Source: Saccostrea echinata
Taxonomy: Eukaryota
NCBI RefSeq assembly: GCF_033153115.1
Contig: NW_026889803.1
Location: 9,858,001 to 9,922,000 of the forward strand
DNA length: 64,000 nucleotides
Direction of reading: 5' to 3'
Below are positions 61,691 through 64,000 of this stretch, one piece after another (within the stretch, counting starts at the first letter, position 1; every line of letters starts with the position of its first letter). The notes under the pieces are model-generated. The model was not told where the DNA came from. It ran no database searches and saw only the letters and a list, made by a program, of their open reading frames with translations. Position numbers and translations under genes: made by a program.

Positions 61691-62155
61691 TCCAAGCTGT
61701 CTTCTCTGTGTGAAAATATTACTCTGTAAAAAAGAATTCTCTACTGTGGTTAAGTGGTTTTTCTGGCTCAAATTCCTTTCTATGAACAATGCACTTGAAT
61801 TATTAAAATACAAGCCACTATAAGTATGGGGGGGGGGGCTGTTTGTAACACTGATAGTATGAAAAGCCCCCCCCTCTTCCCCCTTTGTCAAATCTGTTAT
61901 ATTATTGCATTCAAAATATTTTTGTCGAAAGAACTGGAGCCTAACCCCCCCCCCCCCCTCCAGCTTAGCTTTCTAGCAAATAAAAAAAAATCACTAAGAT
62001 CACTGCATAACGGAAAAGAAAGGTGGAAAATTTTACTAAAAGTTTGGATTTTGAGTGTACAAATTTACCTGCGAATCATAGAAAACAATGAATACATTAC
62101 TTGTGTGAAGTGTGCAACGCTTCCAATACTAACGTTTGCTTTGATAGACAAAAAG

Positions 62156-62401
62156 CAGGCCCGTAGCAACGGTTTCGAAAAGGGGGGAGGCAACTTCCCA
62201 AAAACCTGACAAGCAAAAAAAAACCCCCTAAACTGACCAAAAGTAGGGGGGCAACTTCCAAAAATTATCTGACAAGTAAAAAAAAAAAGACAATAAAGGG
62301 GGGGGGCAACCAGTATCTGAAGATTTACTATAGCAAGAAACTATACTCAGAAAAAAGTTGCCCCCCCCCCCCGCCCTGGCCCCCCGCGTTCTACGGGCCT
62401 G
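62156..62401. mobile_element. MITE, same CAGG...CCTG type as 7141-7489
   Basis: CAGGCCCGTAG / CTACGGGCCTG with an AAAAAG duplication. Confidence 0.8.
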
Positions 62402-63323
62402 AAAAAGCACACACCATTCAGCACATACACGTGTGATTCGATGTGACGTGGGTTTAAGTATATCAGTGCTCACACGTCCACTGAAAGTTCAGTCTTCAGA
62501 CTTTCAGTGAAAATGTAATTAGTCATCGTATACTTGTTACCTACGTAATACTAAAGTCTTCTTTTTTTTTAAATTTGACAAAGTCACTAAATTCTTCAGG
62601 AGCATACTCAAAAAGTGAATTCATTACTTTTTTTCCACAAGCTCGACAAGTATACAAAGCCCAATTCTGTCAAAGCCGCCCTGAATACTAGTATAATTAT
62701 ATATCCTTATAGCTGTATTTATTGTAATGTTAAGTTTAGAAAATAGTGTAACTCTGACAAAAAAGTGCACATAATACAAAATTAAGACATACACACTTCT
62801 ACTAAGATTAAAATAAGAACCTAAATAAGGCTAAATAATGAAAGGATATTATAAAACAGCCAATGAAAGGGAGAAAATTGAATTATTTCCAAGCAAATTT
62901 GATTAATTAGATTAAAATATTCATTGTCATCGTAAGAATGACACTTGCTCCAAAACTTACATCGTCGCGTTATATGGTTTTTCATATTATATAAGCCCCA
63001 TGTAAGCCACAGTAAGAAGTAAATCGATATAGTGGCACCCACTAAATGCAGAACTGATGAAAAACTGGACAAAACGGAAAGCATTTTTCTTTTGTATTTC
63101 ATTTGTATTTTTCACCAATACCTTTTTAAAGTAATTATAATTGTGTTCTTTGCAACAAAAATAATAATTCAAACAGACTTTTAGATACAATTATTTTCTC
63201 CTCCATAAAACATCATTTGGTCAAGAAAGTCTATTGGTAAGAGGTAGAAGTTGTGTAGCTAAGGACGGCTTTGTTGGTTGAAACCCATGACGAGTCAAAA
63301 AGTCGATTATTTCCTGTCCGCCC

Positions 63324-63540
63324 GGTGTAAAGACGAATAATGACCCCCATAGAATAATGACCGGGGGTCATTTTTCGACGTCGAATAATGACCCCCGGTC
63401 ATTATTTAACGGCGAAAAATGACACCCGGTCATTATTCGACATCGAAAAATGACCCTTTTGCCCGTAGAAAAAGAGTCATCACCCTAAAAACATGCATAC
63501 CCCACGTGAAGAAAAATGACCCCCGTAGAATAATGACTCC
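63324..63540. mobile_element. DNA-transposon end with AATAATGACCCC subterminal repeats
   Basis: Direct and inverted (A)ATAATGACCCC / GGTCATTATT repeats. Confidence 0.55.
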
Positions 63541-64000
63541 TTGTTAATTGAAGCGGATTAAAGTTGAAACTTTTAGGGGGCAAAATAAAAATAATAAATC
63601 AAGAGACTTGTTGGTCAAAATGTTCACTTGAGCTTCATTGGGAATAAATCGATGATATATTGATCTCATTACATTATACAATCATTGCTGTTTTTAAGGT
63701 CAATTCAATGATTCAGAATCTAGTGGAGTTAAAGATTTATCGATTCCAAAGGGCGAGGAGAGCATTGTTTCTCGATGGTGGAAAATCACTGATCGTCCTG
63801 ACAGAAAAAAAACAGCAATAATTGTTTTATTATATGATTCAACGATTAATTTGATACAAACTGATTAAGCAGACATGTCAAGTTTCTTGTTTATATTTGC
63901 TCAAGTCCTAACCAAACACAGTGAAAGAATAGGAGTTAACATAAGCATAACCAGTATTAATTTTGCATTTGAAATCTAGTTTTGGTGCAATGTAGAAAAA

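Overview
AT-rich, repeat-dense animal DNA, most likely an oyster (Ostreidae). This is inferred from the HINE/Helentron repeats, the tRNA-derived SINE family and the RING-less B-box/NHL TRIM paralogues. Most ORF-track entries are spurious, and the real genes are spliced and were rebuilt by hand from GT/AG sites and codon phases. (1) Positions 1-5454 look like the right end of a Maverick/Polinton, with a terminus reading AGTAGTAGTAGGG from the end, subterminal repeats and a candidate TSD TCATAC. It carries a spliced gene for a type-I membrane glycoprotein: signal peptide, 6-Cys head, three tandem 43-aa Ser/Thr stalk exons, and two alternative TM/cytoplasmic terminal exons, one ending in the PDZ-type motif DTLV. 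(2) The element sits in an intron of a host gene whose last two exons (5579-6573) resemble the YqcI/YcgG family. (3) A 4-exon p24/TMED6-like gene lies at 8365-10852. (4) Three minus-strand B-box/coiled-coil/beta-propeller TRIM-like genes are present: one with two +1 frameshifts and a C-terminal hydrophobic tail, one pseudogene and one intact. (5) Between TRIM copies 2 and 3 is a 5-exon gene (46589-38069) for a 379-aa PD-(D/E)xK restriction-endonuclease-fold protein, with an inverted orphan copy of its exon 4 at 56054-56287. (6) The rest is SINEs, HINE satellites, MITEs, LINE and Penelope fragments, and one assembly gap. No database searches were run; family calls rest on recalled motifs.
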